A DNA stretch of 41,802 bases from a virus. Its lineage: Duplodnaviria; Heunggongvirae; Uroviricota; Caudoviricetes. The stretch lies in the IMG/VR virus record IMGVR_UViG_2541047852_000009; one strand, 5' to 3'. The translations under genes were made by a program, and so were the position numbers. Below, piece after piece: positions 1 to 9,864 of this stretch (position 1 is the stretch's first letter; every line of letters starts with the position of its first letter). The notes below the pieces were generated by a model. That model saw only the letters and a program-made list of their open reading frames with translations, had not been told where the DNA came from and made no database searches.

Positions 1-192
1 CATCCAACCGCAGCACGTTCTTGCTTAAGACGTGCTGCGGCATAATCCCAATGATTACTCCCTGACAGGGTTCGTAGGCCACTCAATATCAGGTGCAGTT
101 GATGTATCAACACGGTTCAGCAACACCCTGCATGCCTTCCATGCCGCCAGCAATGATGTTTCCTCCTTCGTTGCATATACTGCTCACCTTTT

Positions 193-486
193 TCACCCAC
201 GATTAACCAACAGCCAGACCAGCAGACACGCCACCACCGGCACAGCAAAATCCATCAGGCTTGCCACATCCCATGCACGTGGATCAAAACCGCCCCACCA
301 CGGCATGTTAATCCGCTTGCCATGCCCGAACATTTCAATCCAGCGATATTCTGCCTGGGTGTGTTCACGCGCAATGAAGAACGTACAACCGGCTATCGCC
401 CCGTAAGCCCAGTTTCCGGTAAAAAGACCAGCCAGTACCTGCACCGCCACGGCACAAAGCGCATGAAGTATCGACGTGATATCCAT
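193..486 (-). CDS. Small hydrophobic (membrane) protein, unknown function, translationally coupled downstream of the tail fibre
   Basis: 97-aa ORF with hydrophobic N- and C-terminal segments; AGGA 8 nt upstream of ATG at 486; 9 nt after the stop of the upstream ORF. Confidence 0.5.
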   Translation of the reverse strand: MDITSILHALCAVAVQVLAGLFTGNWAYGAIAGCTFFIAREHTQAEYRWIEMFGHGKRINMPWWGGFDPRAWDVASLMDFAVPVVACLLVWLLVNRG

Positions 487-495
487 CTGCTATCC

Positions 496-774
496 TTAAA
501 ACCACTCCCTGAGCGGGCGCTCTGGTGTAACCACCCACTCACGGAACACGGAATCATCAAATCCATCGTCAAGAAGACGGATATTAACAAAGTACCCTTC
601 GTTTCGCGTGTATTCTGGTTCTCCGTCATCAGAAACATCTGTCTCCCTGAACGTAAAACCAATCTCATCAACCAGAACGGCATTCTGCAGCTCTTCGTCC
701 TCTTCCCAGTTAAGTTTCCTGAGAAATGCCCTGAAATCTGCTTTATCACTGAAACGCAACGTGAAATCTCTCAC
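496..774 (-). CDS. Small acidic protein, unknown function, coupled to stf (possible fibre accessory/chaperone)
   Basis: 92-aa ORF; its start overlaps the stf stop by 4 nt (ATGA); highly acidic composition. Confidence 0.5.
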   Translation of the reverse strand: MRDFTLRFSDKADFRAFLRKLNWEEDEELQNAVLVDEIGFTFRETDVSDDGEPEYTRNEGYFVNIRLLDDGFDDSVFREWVVTPERPLREWF

Positions 775-2840
775 TCCACAACCTCCCCAAGCTGCGCATC
801 TGTTAGCTCTTTATGCCAGAGACGAAAATTCCTCACATGCCCAAATAAATGGCGTAATCCTGCTGTAGTTTGTCCACCAATGCGAATGGTTGCTGTACTC
901 CGGATATATTCCCATGTGTTTTTTGTTTCGCTGGATATACGCCCGTTACTTACTGCACATGTAGACTGATCTGACTTTACACGCATCCCCATAACCATTT
1001 TTTTCAACGATGCGTTTTCGTTAACACGTCTATTTGATCCACCAATATCGCAATAAGGAAATCCGTCTGGCCCATCTGCCGAAGATCCGAAGCCAAGAAT
1101 AATAGCCGCTCCGGTTTGATGACCGCCGGTATCAAAAACACGTGGCGCTGCATTTGGCGTTTTATACCAGTTCTTATGTACCTCACAAAGAACCGTAAAA
1201 GGAAGATTATAAAGATTATTCTTAATCGGAACTGTAACCATATCGCTTGCGCGCGTCGCCGCCGTCGTTCCTGATATAATAAAAGATGATACACACGAAC
1301 CATCCTCAACCTGAGGGGTGGCCAGATAAATATAGTCACCAGATTCAACGACACCACCTTTTTTTGGTGCGTATTGTATTGCAGAGGTTATGTAAGTTTC
1401 TTTACTTGCTTGAATCGTTGCCTCTACAAAAATCCAGCCCGTAGCTTCATCTTTGTTAACTCGTGCGGTGAGCCTGTCGGCAGCTACACCGGTGATTTCA
1501 ACCAATAAAGACCGCGTATTAACAATGGCATATCCAAGATTAGATGAAGCGCTGCCATCGAAGGCTTCAAACCTGATCCTTAACAGGAGTTCCAAATCCG
1601 TTTTAAATCTGCACGATGTCGTCACACACTTATTATCGCCTGATACATCGACAGCCCCCGAGGTTGAAACTACTGCCATATTAAGGGTTGTACTTTGCCC
1701 AATTAATGATTCATTACAAACAAACTTTCCATAAGTAAAACCAAAACTATCAGTTCCAACCTCAGCGACATTCATATTTGCAGATTTACCCCAAGAAGCT
1801 GGAGTTGCTGAATTCAACATGTAGTTGGTTCGCTGACCTTCAATCAATAAACCTTCTTTTTCAAATCGTGGCTCATTAATTTCCGCCGTTTTCAGTTCGC
1901 CAGATTTATTGATATATGTTGCCGTTGATGCGCGACTGAAATTAACCTGTTTATCACTGGCAACCTGAACCACATTATCACCAATCTTCACTTTTTTATA
2001 ACCCGGAGAATAGCCCGTAATCATATCCAGCGAATCATTAAAGGGTATCCACACATCCGGCAGCGGCTGTAAAACATATCTGTACGGCTCTGCTGTCTGG
2101 TTTGCGTATTCTCTGGCAGCATCTTCACTTGCTTTTGCTGCCGTCTGGCTTGCTGCCGATGCTTTCGCCGAGTTCGCCGCCGCTGTTTCGCTCACCTTTG
2201 CGTTGGCTTCACTGTCTTTGGCATTCGTCTCACTGGTTTTCGCTGCCGTCTGGCTGGATTTTGCGTTTTTTTCGCTGGCCTTTGTGGCTGTCTCGCTATT
2301 TTTCGCGTTGGTTTCTGATTTTTTGGCTGCTGTCGCGGAGTTTGCCGATGCAGTCTGCGAGGCCGCTGCCGCCTGTGCGCTGTTAGCTGCATTCGTTTCT
2401 GAGGTTTTCGCCGCGTTCTTCGATGATGCCGCTGCAGTTTCGGATTTCTTTGCTGCCGCTGCGCTCTGTGATGATGCTCCGGCATGACGTGCCACTTCAT
2501 TCACCATCAGCTCAAAACGGCGCAGTGCCTCCGGACGAACATCATCCTCCGTCATGGCGCCGAGAAAATCATTCAGCGTACCTGGTCTGGAACCTTCATA
2601 GACGGTAATGGTCCCGGCATGTGAAGGTGGAAAACCTTCAACCAGCAGGGTGACGCTGTACTGGCCATACTCAACATCCATGCTGTAACGCCCGGCTTCA
2701 TCAGGATTTTCAGAGGCCACCGTGTTCACCAGTACCGTGGTGCTGTTACGCTTTGCCTTCAGTTGAATAGTGCAGTTCTGTATTGGTTTTCCCGCACCAT
2801 CTTTCAGCACACCTGAGATTTTTACTGCTGCCATATCCAC
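771..2840 (-). CDS. stf: Side tail fibre protein (lambda Stf-like N-terminus, Ala/Ser/Thr-rich repeat shaft, divergent C-terminal domain)
   Basis: N-terminal ~110 aa closely match lambda Stf as recalled (MAVKISGVLKDG...GRYSMDVEYGQYSV...FPPSHAGTITVYE); probable true start at the second Met (2834); central AKxSETNA repeats. Confidence 0.85.
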   Translation of the reverse strand: MDMAAVKISGVLKDGAGKPIQNCTIQLKAKRNSTTVLVNTVASENPDEAGRYSMDVEYGQYSVTLLVEGFPPSHAGTITVYEGSRPGTLNDFLGAMTEDDVRPEALRRFELMVNEVARHAGASSQSAAAAKKSETAAASSKNAAKTSETNAANSAQAAAASQTASANSATAAKKSETNAKNSETATKASEKNAKSSQTAAKTSETNAKDSEANAKVSETAAANSAKASAASQTAAKASEDAAREYANQTAEPYRYVLQPLPDVWIPFNDSLDMITGYSPGYKKVKIGDNVVQVASDKQVNFSRASTATYINKSGELKTAEINEPRFEKEGLLIEGQRTNYMLNSATPASWGKSANMNVAEVGTDSFGFTYGKFVCNESLIGQSTTLNMAVVSTSGAVDVSGDNKCVTTSCRFKTDLELLLRIRFEAFDGSASSNLGYAIVNTRSLLVEITGVAADRLTARVNKDEATGWIFVEATIQASKETYITSAIQYAPKKGGVVESGDYIYLATPQVEDGSCVSSFIISGTTAATRASDMVTVPIKNNLYNLPFTVLCEVHKNWYKTPNAAPRVFDTGGHQTGAAIILGFGSSADGPDGFPYCDIGGSNRRVNENASLKKMVMGMRVKSDQSTCAVSNGRISSETKNTWEYIRSTATIRIGGQTTAGLRHLFGHVRNFRLWHKELTDAQLGEVVE
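2100..2480. repeat. Imperfect tandem coding repeats inside stf (Ala-rich shaft)
   Basis: Reiterated gctgccgtctggct / ttcgctggc-type units visible in the DNA; they generate several spurious ORFs on both strands. Confidence 0.5.
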
Positions 2841-2845
2841 TCCAC

Positions 2846-2877
2846 AAAAAAGCCCGCCTGAACCGGCGGGCTGTCAT
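2846..2877 (-). terminator. Rho-independent terminator downstream of lom
   Basis: Minus strand reads agcccgccggttcaggcgggc followed by TTTTTT; 8-bp GC stem. Confidence 0.5.
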
Positions 2878-2898
2878 AACACTGTGTTACCTGGCTAA

Positions 2899-3498
2899 TC
2901 AGAATTTATAACCGACACCCACGATGAAACCGTCAGTGCGCCAGTCGCCACTGCCGGAGCCTTCATAAGCAATATCAATGGTCACGGATTCGGTCGGGTT
3001 AAACTGCACGCCAGCTCCCCACGCCAGAGACGTGTTGCTGTGGCGATCGTCATCACTTCCGGTCAGCACATCGTGCGTTTTCCCCTTGTTGTCAGTTACG
3101 CGGAGATAATCCCCGGAGAACGTCGACACACGGCTGTAAGCCACACCTGCCATCGCATAAGCACTGAACCATTCATTCACGCGTACAGATGGCCCCGCCA
3201 TCACGCTGAACCAGCGGTTACGCACGGAATCTTCATGCCAGCGGGTATCGCTGTAGTGCGTTTTTTGCTCATCCTCAGCATTGGCATAACTGAAGGACGT
3301 AATCAGCCCCAGCGCGTCCGTAAACTCATAACGGTATTTCACGTTAATCCCGTTCAGATTATCGCTGCCTGGCATATCAGTGTGGGTCTGAAGATACCCG
3401 GCGCTTAGTGTGGACTGATGCTCTGCTGCGCTCGCTGGCGTACCAGCGGCAACCAGCCAGACTACTGCGGACAGAATAACAGCACATAATTTACGCAT
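2899..3498 (-). CDS. lom: Lom outer-membrane protein (Ail/Lom family)
   Basis: 199 aa; near-identical over long stretches to lambda Lom as recalled (MRKL...AAEHQSTLSAGY...GFIVGVGYKF); signal peptide; GAGG RBS. Confidence 0.9.
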   Translation of the reverse strand: MRKLCAVILSAVVWLVAAGTPASAAEHQSTLSAGYLQTHTDMPGSDNLNGINVKYRYEFTDALGLITSFSYANAEDEQKTHYSDTRWHEDSVRNRWFSVMAGPSVRVNEWFSAYAMAGVAYSRVSTFSGDYLRVTDNKGKTHDVLTGSDDDRHSNTSLAWGAGVQFNPTESVTIDIAYEGSGSGDWRTDGFIVGVGYKF

Positions 3499-3518
3499 AA
3501 TTACCTCTCGCTTTTCTG

Positions 3519-3547
3519 CAATAAAAAAGGCGCCATTTCTGGCGCCC
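3519..3547 (-). terminator. Rho-independent terminator after J
   Basis: Inverted repeat ggcgcca/tggcgcc (3529-3546) followed on the minus strand by TTTTTTAT. Confidence 0.5.
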
Positions 3548-3565
3548 GTATTGGGGTTATAAAAT

Positions 3566-6500
3566 TCAGCTAATCGTGATGCCTGCAGTGGCTTTCTTCA
3601 TCACAACAACCAGCAAATCGCTGATACTTGCTGTGGGATACCAGCCATTTACCCACCATGCTGATACAGAAAACTCCAGCGTCATGTGGCCGCGACCAGC
3701 AGGCATATCAATAACACCACTGTAAACCAGCGTATTATCCAGCGCGGTACGGTTATAAATTTCAGCACCGTTTTTCCGTACTATCAGGCGGCATGACGAA
3801 TAAATATCGTTATTCTCCCGCTCATGTCTGGCACCGCTGAATGCCACCGCCGGAATAACAATTTGCCGGTCAAACGGCTGATCGTCATAAACCCTGACGG
3901 TAATGGTCCCTGATGGCCACCTCTCCGGTGCACGGGAGTCACGGGGGAAAGCCTTACCCACTGTTTTAACGAGATCGCCTTCAATCTGGTTTGCAGACAG
4001 TTTCCCTCTGATGACACAGTTCTCGTTAATGGTGACATTATTGAGCGTGCCGGTATTCGCCGTGATGGCTCCACTGATATCCGCATTGCGGGCTGTCAGC
4101 CTGCCATCCGGCGTCAGGGAAAACGTAGGAGGATTGCCGGATGACGTGATGCTCACCGCAAACAGTCGCTTCAGGAACACGTCGTTCATGAACAGCTGAT
4201 TCCCCTGCGCCACAAACAGCGGCGTGGTGTTGCCGTTCTCCGGGGTAATCATCGCGATACGGTCCGCCTGCAGCAGAATACTGCTCAGCGTCTGACCATC
4301 AACATCCTCAATCCCCGCGCCAATCCCGGCCACATAGGGAATACCGTTTTTTGTTTTCTGCACCTTCAGCATATACATGGCATTCAGCTCATTGCGCGTG
4401 TCTGACTGAACCCGCTGGATTTGCTGTATGGTCACGGCCTGGTCACCCAGTTTTTTATCCGTGGTCGAGGTAATTTCACTCCCTTTTTTATCCACGTACT
4501 GGCGGACCTGTGCTATCTGTCGGGCATTTTCTGACTGCCCCTGGCTGACAGTCTGTGAGATTTCACTGCTCACCCGGTCCACTTTCTGGCTCACCTGCGC
4601 GATGGCCAGTGTCTGGTCCTCATTCTTTTTCGCAACCAGCTGCGTGAGGCTGTTTTCCGCCTCCCCGATTTTCCGGGTCACTTCTGCGATATCCGTGTCC
4701 ATCCGCTGACGGATGTCTTCTTCCAGTTGCGTGACCTCCGTACGCAGCGCTGAAGCATCAATGCGCTCTTTCAGTGCCTGGCCCAGAAGCGTCTCATCTA
4801 TCAGCCCCCGGAAAATTTCCAGATACCCTTCACCATCATTGCTGGGCTGCCCGCTGGCTTCCACAAAAGCAGATTTTCCCACCAGGTTGACGCTTCGCAC
4901 GTAAAACCAGAAATCCGTCCCCGGCTTAATCCGGCTCCCCTGGACAGTCCACTGACTGCCGGTCCCCAGATAACGGGCAGATTTTTCCACCTGTGCCGTG
5001 TTCGTGATGCGTTTTTCTGAGAACCAGAATTCAAACTGTACCGTCGGGTCATACACCGCAAGACGCGGGACCGCCGTTATCTGAAAATACCCCGGCGTCA
5101 GCTCAATGGTGGCAGGTTTTGCAGGTGCGTTAATCCTGAACGTGGTGGTGGCCGGTTCGCCCTGCTGGCCATAACTGTTAATCGCCCTGACCGTCAGGGT
5201 GTATTCCCCCAGTGGCAGGCCGCTGAAACGGTGCTCCGTGTCTGCGGTGATGGCGGTGGTCACCAGTCTGGCATCCGTTCCCTTACCACTGGTCAGGCGC
5301 AGACTGAAGCGCACGCCCTTCACCACCCGCGGCGTGTCCCATTTAGCCTGCGCCAGATACTGGCCGTCAGCTGCACTCACCTCCACCGTCAGGTGCTGTA
5401 CTGCCGGTGGGATGACGCTGTTCAGGGAACCTGACTGCAGCTCAAAGCGGGCACCGTTATCCACGATGGCTTCTTTTTCCGGTACGTGCTGCACCGCCGT
5501 GATGGCAAAGGTGCCGTCCGTGTTTTCCCGGACGGAGACACAGCGGAACAGGCGACGGCGCAGTGACGGCAGGGAGAGTCCCCACACCCCGTATGTCTCC
5601 ACACCATCAGGCAGGGTACTGACCTGTATCCGGTCCGGCGCGGGGTGTGCGGTGATGTCCACACTCACCGGCTTACCGCTGCCGTTAATCAGGTTCACCG
5701 CCGATGTACCTGTCTCCGGCAGGGTAACCTCACGGTCCAGCGTCAGGGTGCGGGTGGCAGCATCAATGGACAGGACACGTCCGCCGGTCAGGGTCCCGGC
5801 ATAGTCATTATCACAGATTTCAATAATGTCACCGGGTGTGTGCCGCAGCCCCTGAGACCCGAGCGTGAAATCCACCGTCTGCGTTTCCAGCAGTTCGGTC
5901 TTTATCACCCACAGTCCGGCACGGTGGGCCTGACCGCGGCTGGTACAGCCGAACGCGTCCATCTTCAGCAGGTTGCGTCCGTAGCGCAGTATGGCTTCCG
6001 GGTCTTCCACCAGTTCCGTGGAGGTCTGCCAGCCGTTCTGCGGGTCGGTGTAATTCACCTCCACCGCCGTGTGCCGGTCCTTCAGGGCACTGAAGCTGTA
6101 GCGGAATCCCACGCCGTTATCATCCACCACCACATCGCTGTTGGTGTACGGCCACACCACATCCGACGGGCGGTCCTGAACGAACGTCAGCGTCTGACCG
6201 TTCCATACCGGCATACAGCGCATCGCAGAGCAGAAATCACTGAGAACGTCCCACGCCTTACGCTGTTGTGCCAGGTACGCATTAAAGGTCATCCGCGGCT
6301 CGGTCCCCCCGAAACCATCCGGGACCGTCTGGTCGCAGTACTGCCCGATGGCATACAGCGCCCACTTGTCCACATCCGCCGCCCCCAGACGTTTTCCCAT
6401 GCCGTAGCGCGGGTGAGTCAGCATGTCCCACAGGCACCAGGCCGGGTTGTTGCTGTATGCCGGTTTCAGACTGCCGTCCCAGATACCACTGTACGTGCGT

Positions 6501-7258
6501 TTTACCGGGTCATAGTTTGACGGCACCTGGATGATGCGACCGCGGATATGGTAGTTCACCGTCATCTGCTGGCCGCCGAACTGCTCCGCATCCACCTGCA
6601 GCCCCACAATGGCCGTGTTCGGGTAGCACTGTTTCACATCGATGATTTCAGTGTATGACGACCACAGCGTCTTATTCTGCAGCTGGTCCGTGGTGCTGTC
6701 CGCCGTCTCCCTGACCATCCGGATGTTAAAGGGCCGGGGAGGCAGATTATCCAGAATCACCGAGGCCAGGAACTGTGAGGTGGTCTTGCCGTTAATGGTG
6801 ACGTCCTTTTCCGTCACCCAGCGGCCATTACGCTGTAACTGAATCAGAATCCGGACAGAGGAAGGATTACGGTCGCCCTTTGACGTGGTCTGCACCAGTG
6901 ACTGCACTCCGAAGGTAACCCGCAGGAGGTCAATGTTCGCGGACGTAATGGTGCGCGTCACCGGTTTTGCCTTCGTCACTTCCACGCCCAGTCCGGTTTC
7001 AGCTCCGGAGGACTCAAAGCCTTCCGGTGGTGTCTGCTCCTGCTCCCCGGCACGCCAGACCGCGGTCACACCGTGTATCACGGGATTACCGTCCGTGTCC
7101 GTCAGCGGGGTTTTGTTCACCAGGATACTCTGCAGTCCCTTCACCGGGCCTTCTATCGGTCCCTCACCAATCGCATCAATCACACTCATCATCTGCGTGG
7201 ATTTGAGATTATCCTTCGCCTCGCGCGGTGTGTGCGCCTTACCGCCACCTTTACCCAC
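3566..7258 (-). CDS. J: Tail tip / host-specificity protein J
   Basis: Collinear with lambda J over ~1200 aa; likely GTG start at 7258 ([19 protein letters not shown], preceded by GGAGAGGGGGA); the listed ORF extends to an in-frame TTG at 7303. Confidence 0.9.
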   Translation of the reverse strand: MGKGGGKAHTPREAKDNLKSTQMMSVIDAIGEGPIEGPVKGLQSILVNKTPLTDTDGNPVIHGVTAVWRAGEQEQTPPEGFESSGAETGLGVEVTKAKPVTRTITSANIDLLRVTFGVQSLVQTTSKGDRNPSSVRILIQLQRNGRWVTEKDVTINGKTTSQFLASVILDNLPPRPFNIRMVRETADSTTDQLQNKTLWSSYTEIIDVKQCYPNTAIVGLQVDAEQFGGQQMTVNYHIRGRIIQVPSNYDPVKRTYSGIWDGSLKPAYSNNPAWCLWDMLTHPRYGMGKRLGAADVDKWALYAIGQYCDQTVPDGFGGTEPRMTFNAYLAQQRKAWDVLSDFCSAMRCMPVWNGQTLTFVQDRPSDVVWPYTNSDVVVDDNGVGFRYSFSALKDRHTAVEVNYTDPQNGWQTSTELVEDPEAILRYGRNLLKMDAFGCTSRGQAHRAGLWVIKTELLETQTVDFTLGSQGLRHTPGDIIEICDNDYAGTLTGGRVLSIDAATRTLTLDREVTLPETGTSAVNLINGSGKPVSVDITAHPAPDRIQVSTLPDGVETYGVWGLSLPSLRRRLFRCVSVRENTDGTFAITAVQHVPEKEAIVDNGARFELQSGSLNSVIPPAVQHLTVEVSAADGQYLAQAKWDTPRVVKGVRFSLRLTSGKGTDARLVTTAITADTEHRFSGLPLGEYTLTVRAINSYGQQGEPATTTFRINAPAKPATIELTPGYFQITAVPRLAVYDPTVQFEFWFSEKRITNTAQVEKSARYLGTGSQWTVQGSRIKPGTDFWFYVRSVNLVGKSAFVEASGQPSNDGEGYLEIFRGLIDETLLGQALKERIDASALRTEVTQLEEDIRQRMDTDIAEVTRKIGEAENSLTQLVAKKNEDQTLAIAQVSQKVDRVSSEISQTVSQGQSENARQIAQVRQYVDKKGSEITSTTDKKLGDQAVTIQQIQRVQSDTRNELNAMYMLKVQKTKNGIPYVAGIGAGIEDVDGQTLSSILLQADRIAMITPENGNTTPLFVAQGNQLFMNDVFLKRLFAVSITSSGNPPTFSLTPDGRLTARNADISGAITANTGTLNNVTINENCVIRGKLSANQIEGDLVKTVGKAFPRDSRAPERWPSGTITVRVYDDQPFDRQIVIPAVAFSGARHERENNDIYSSCRLIVRKNGAEIYNRTALDNTLVYSGVIDMPAGRGHMTLEFSVSAWWVNGWYPTASISDLLVVVMKKATAGITIS

Positions 7259-7370
7259 TCGATCCCCCTCTCCTGTCTGATGTCTGAATCTGTTTATGCC
7301 CAAAAAACAACAGGCACCCCGGAGGATGCCTGTATCATGACTGAATAAAAATTCTGAATATCTTCACATT

Positions 7371-7398
7371 TTCACAAACTGACTGTGGCGCGTATAAT
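7371..7398 (+). promoter_or_regulatory. Sigma70-like promoter (TTCACA - 16 nt - TATAAT) in the I-J intergenic insert
   Basis: -35 at 7371-7376, consensus -10 TATAAT at 7393-7398, 16-nt spacer; opposite in orientation to the flanking tail genes. Confidence 0.45.
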
Positions 7399-7404
7399 TT
7401 CGCT

Positions 7405-7498
7405 GCGTTAGTGTTTTTTGCCCGAGTAACAAAAACAACTCCTTAACTCTAATCTTTGTCTGTCCCCGCAGCTCCGCGATCACTGCGGGATTTTTTTA
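7405..7498 (+). ncRNA. Candidate small RNA (~95 nt) between tail genes I and J
   Basis: Promoter followed ~60 nt later by an intrinsic terminator; contains CA-rich stretch AACAAAAACAAC; no ORF. Confidence 0.4.
7465..7498 (+). terminator. Rho-independent terminator of the candidate sRNA
   Basis: Stem cccgcag/ctgcggg (7465-7471 / 7483-7489) followed by ATTTTTTTATT. Confidence 0.6.
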
Positions 7499-7504
7499 TT
7501 CTTT

Positions 7505-8185
7505 TTACCCCTGCCGCCCGATAACCACGACCTTTCCGCCCCCGCCTTCATCACGGGTGCTGATGTCCTGGGATATACGGCGGGAGCCAACCAGCATTTC
7601 CCCGTAAGGCACCGGCATCGGGTTCCCCTGGGCAATCATGTTATCCAGCGAGGAAAAGTAGGTGTTCTGTTTACCGTTATCCGTGCTTTTGTACTCCGGT
7701 GTTTTTGCCTTCGGGGCCAGCATCTGGGCCACACCGCCCAGTATCATGCTGGCCCCCAGTGAAAACAGCATCGTGGTGGCAGAAAAACCGCCGGCACTCA
7801 GGGCTGTACCCCATAACGCCATCGAGCCTCCGGCCGTGAAGAAAGAGCCCACGATGGCTGCCGCCCCCAGCACAATCTGCAGTCCGCCCTTTCCGGCTCC
7901 GGCCAGTCGCGGCACAATGTGGATGACCGTTCCCTCACCCAGCTGTTCGTGAAGACGGGCGTACACCGCCTCCGGTGCCGTGTCATCACCGGCAATACGT
8001 ATCTGGTACCAGCCTTCGTTCATCTGACGGCGAAAGCCCGGCACCTGTAACGACAGGGCACGGATGGCTTCCGCTGCCGTGTTCACATACAGGCTGAGGC
8101 GGCGGCCAAATCGTTGCAAATCCCCGTGAAGGCAGATGCGTGCCAGTGGCGGTGACGCCAGACAGAATGCGTTCGTCGTTGCCAT
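7505..8185 (-). CDS. I: Tail assembly protein I
   Basis: 226 aa; strong match to lambda I as recalled (ARICL.GDLQRFGRR, GKQNTYFSSLDNM). Confidence 0.85.
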   Translation of the reverse strand: MATTNAFCLASPPLARICLHGDLQRFGRRLSLYVNTAAEAIRALSLQVPGFRRQMNEGWYQIRIAGDDTAPEAVYARLHEQLGEGTVIHIVPRLAGAGKGGLQIVLGAAAIVGSFFTAGGSMALWGTALSAGGFSATTMLFSLGASMILGGVAQMLAPKAKTPEYKSTDNGKQNTYFSSLDNMIAQGNPMPVPYGEMLVGSRRISQDISTRDEGGGGKVVVIGRQG

Positions 8186-8826
8186 TTTTCGGAATACCTC
8201 TCCCGTTTACTCAGTTGTTCAGGAATATGGTGCAGCAGCTCGCCGTCACCACAGTAAATGGCGGCATGATTCGGCACCGATGAACCAAAACAGCACAGCA
8301 GCACATCGCCCGGCTGCGCCGCTGACAACGGCACCTGATACAGCCCTGTGGCCTCCAGATTATCCAGATAGAGATTCTGACCGTGACGCCACCAGTCATC
8401 CTCGCGATGAAAATCCGGCATCTCAGTCCCCGCCAGATGGTATGCATCCCGGAACAGGGTGTAACAGTCCGTCACCCCGTGCTCAAAGCGCCGTCCCGTC
8501 AGATGTGGCACACAGCGGAATTTGTGAATATCACCCCGGCAGACCAGCCACCAGGGCAGTGCGCTTTTTATCTGCAGCCGCCGGTCAGCCTCGCTCAGCC
8601 AGGGCAGCCCACCGGGATGACTGTGGACCAGCGCCACAATCTCCCCCTGCATCTCTGCCCGCAGCCAGTCTTCCGGTGCGATACGAAAATACGCCTCCGG
8701 CTCCGCGGAAATATTCACACAAGGGATATACCGCTCCCCCTCCGGCGTGCTTATCACGAAGCCGCACGACTCCGCAGGCGCACACCGCCGGGCATGTGCC
8801 AGAATCGCTGATTCAGTCTGTGTCAT
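8083..8826 (-). CDS. K: Tail assembly protein K (NlpC/P60 plus JAB/MPN-type)
   Basis: Internal ATG at 8826 gives MTQTESAILAHARRCAPAESCGF..., matching lambda K; the longer listed ORF (to 9087) is an in-frame extension; overlaps I by ~100 nt as in lambda. Confidence 0.85.
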   Translation of the reverse strand: MTQTESAILAHARRCAPAESCGFVISTPEGERYIPCVNISAEPEAYFRIAPEDWLRAEMQGEIVALVHSHPGGLPWLSEADRRLQIKSALPWWLVCRGDIHKFRCVPHLTGRRFEHGVTDCYTLFRDAYHLAGTEMPDFHREDDWWRHGQNLYLDNLEATGLYQVPLSAAQPGDVLLCCFGSSVPNHAAIYCGDGELLHHIPEQLSKRERYSEKWQRRTHSVWRHRHWHASAFTGICNDLAAASACM

Positions 8827-8836
8827 AAACCGGGAT

Positions 8837-9535
8837 TTACTGCGAAAGTTTATTAATGGAAAGGAAACCGCCAAAATTGCCGACATTCCTGCGCAGTTCA
8901 CACCCGCGCATGCACTTGCTGCATCTGTCCTTACGGATATCCGTGGTGGGTTTATCGAACTCATCCGCCACAGCCCCACCCGTGTAACCACACTCATCAG
9001 AGCGGTAGGTCCACATACAGGTGTTCGCCAGCATGATACGACCGGGAAACAGCGCCCCGTCCGTCTCGGTCGGTGTGGCCAGCACAAACGAGGCCGTCAT
9101 GGCTGTCAGCTGCGACATCTGCTCCACCACCCAGCGGTCACTCAGCTCCTGCTCCGGGTCCGCCTCCGGATTGCCCGCAACGAAATTCACCGCATCCAGA
9201 AAACGGGCATACACCCGGCGGCGGACCACCGTGGCCCCCACCAGACTCTGCAGGTCCTCCGCCATCCCGGTGACAAGGCCAAACAGATTGGACACCGTCA
9301 GCGACGGGCGGGCACTGCTGCCCCGACCGTTCATCTCAAAGCCGCTGCCGTCAATCGGGTATGCCTCATACTTACGCCCCTGCCAGGTGACCGGCTCCCC
9401 TTTTTCATTCAGCTCATTACAGAAAAAATACCGCTCACCGCCCTGTACCGTCAGGTCGATTTCCCAGAGTACCACCCGCGGTGACTGCTCTGATTTAACC
9501 GACTCGTTCAGGCTTTCTTCATGAATATCCTGCAT
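8837..9535 (-). CDS. L: Minor tail protein L
   Basis: 232 aa; near-collinear with lambda L (MQDI...VVLWEIDLT...GNFGGFLSINKLSQ). Confidence 0.9.
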   Translation of the reverse strand: MQDIHEESLNESVKSEQSPRVVLWEIDLTVQGGERYFFCNELNEKGEPVTWQGRKYEAYPIDGSGFEMNGRGSSARPSLTVSNLFGLVTGMAEDLQSLVGATVVRRRVYARFLDAVNFVAGNPEADPEQELSDRWVVEQMSQLTAMTASFVLATPTETDGALFPGRIMLANTCMWTYRSDECGYTGGAVADEFDKPTTDIRKDRCSKCMRGCELRRNVGNFGGFLSINKLSQ

Positions 9536-9864
9536 CAGTTCACCACCTGCTTAAACTCCGCGCTGAACTCAACGCGCAACATCCCGACCCGCGCAGACCA
9601 CCCGGCACAGGTCACCTTTATCTGCCGGTATGCATAGGGTGGCTTCCACAAAAATGCCTTCCAGCCACCGTGCTCTGCCAGGAACGCTTCCAGATGCCGG
9701 GCCTCCTCCCGGGTCACGGAAAGCGTCACCCTGTATGTTTTCAGGTCAGCATTCAGCCCTGCCGCCATACGCTGTGAGTACCCGTCACCAAAACGCACTT
9801 CACGCACCGATGGCTGCGAGTTCACCTCCATATCCGGTTTCACTTTCCAGCGAAAGGTTTTCAT
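9535..9864 (-). CDS. M: Minor tail protein M
   Basis: 109 aa; matches lambda M (MKTFRWKVKP...RVEFSAEF.QVVN). Confidence 0.9.
   Translation of the reverse strand: MKTFRWKVKPDMEVNSQPSVREVRFGDGYSQRMAAGLNADLKTYRVTLSVTREEARHLEAFLAEHGGWKAFLWKPPYAYRQIKVTCAGWSARVGMLRVEFSAEFKQVVN

Noticed and set aside
2192-2500. ORFs on both strands inside the stf repeat region (e.g. 2192-2500 minus, 2203-2487 plus)
   Set aside because: Artefacts of the Ala-codon-rich tandem repeat; alternative frames of the tail fibre gene.
5645-6520. 291-aa plus-strand ORF, and similar long plus-strand ORFs at 5199-5804, 10252-11246, 12199-13347, 13122-13997, 19704-20276
   Set aside because: They lie antisense within strongly supported minus-strand genes (J, H, G/V, terminase) and have Arg/Pro/Ser-rich translations typical of shadow ORFs.
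8826-9087. N-terminal extension of the listed 334-aa ORF upstream of K
   Set aside because: The extension overlaps gene L and is not protein-like; K homology begins at the internal ATG at 8826.
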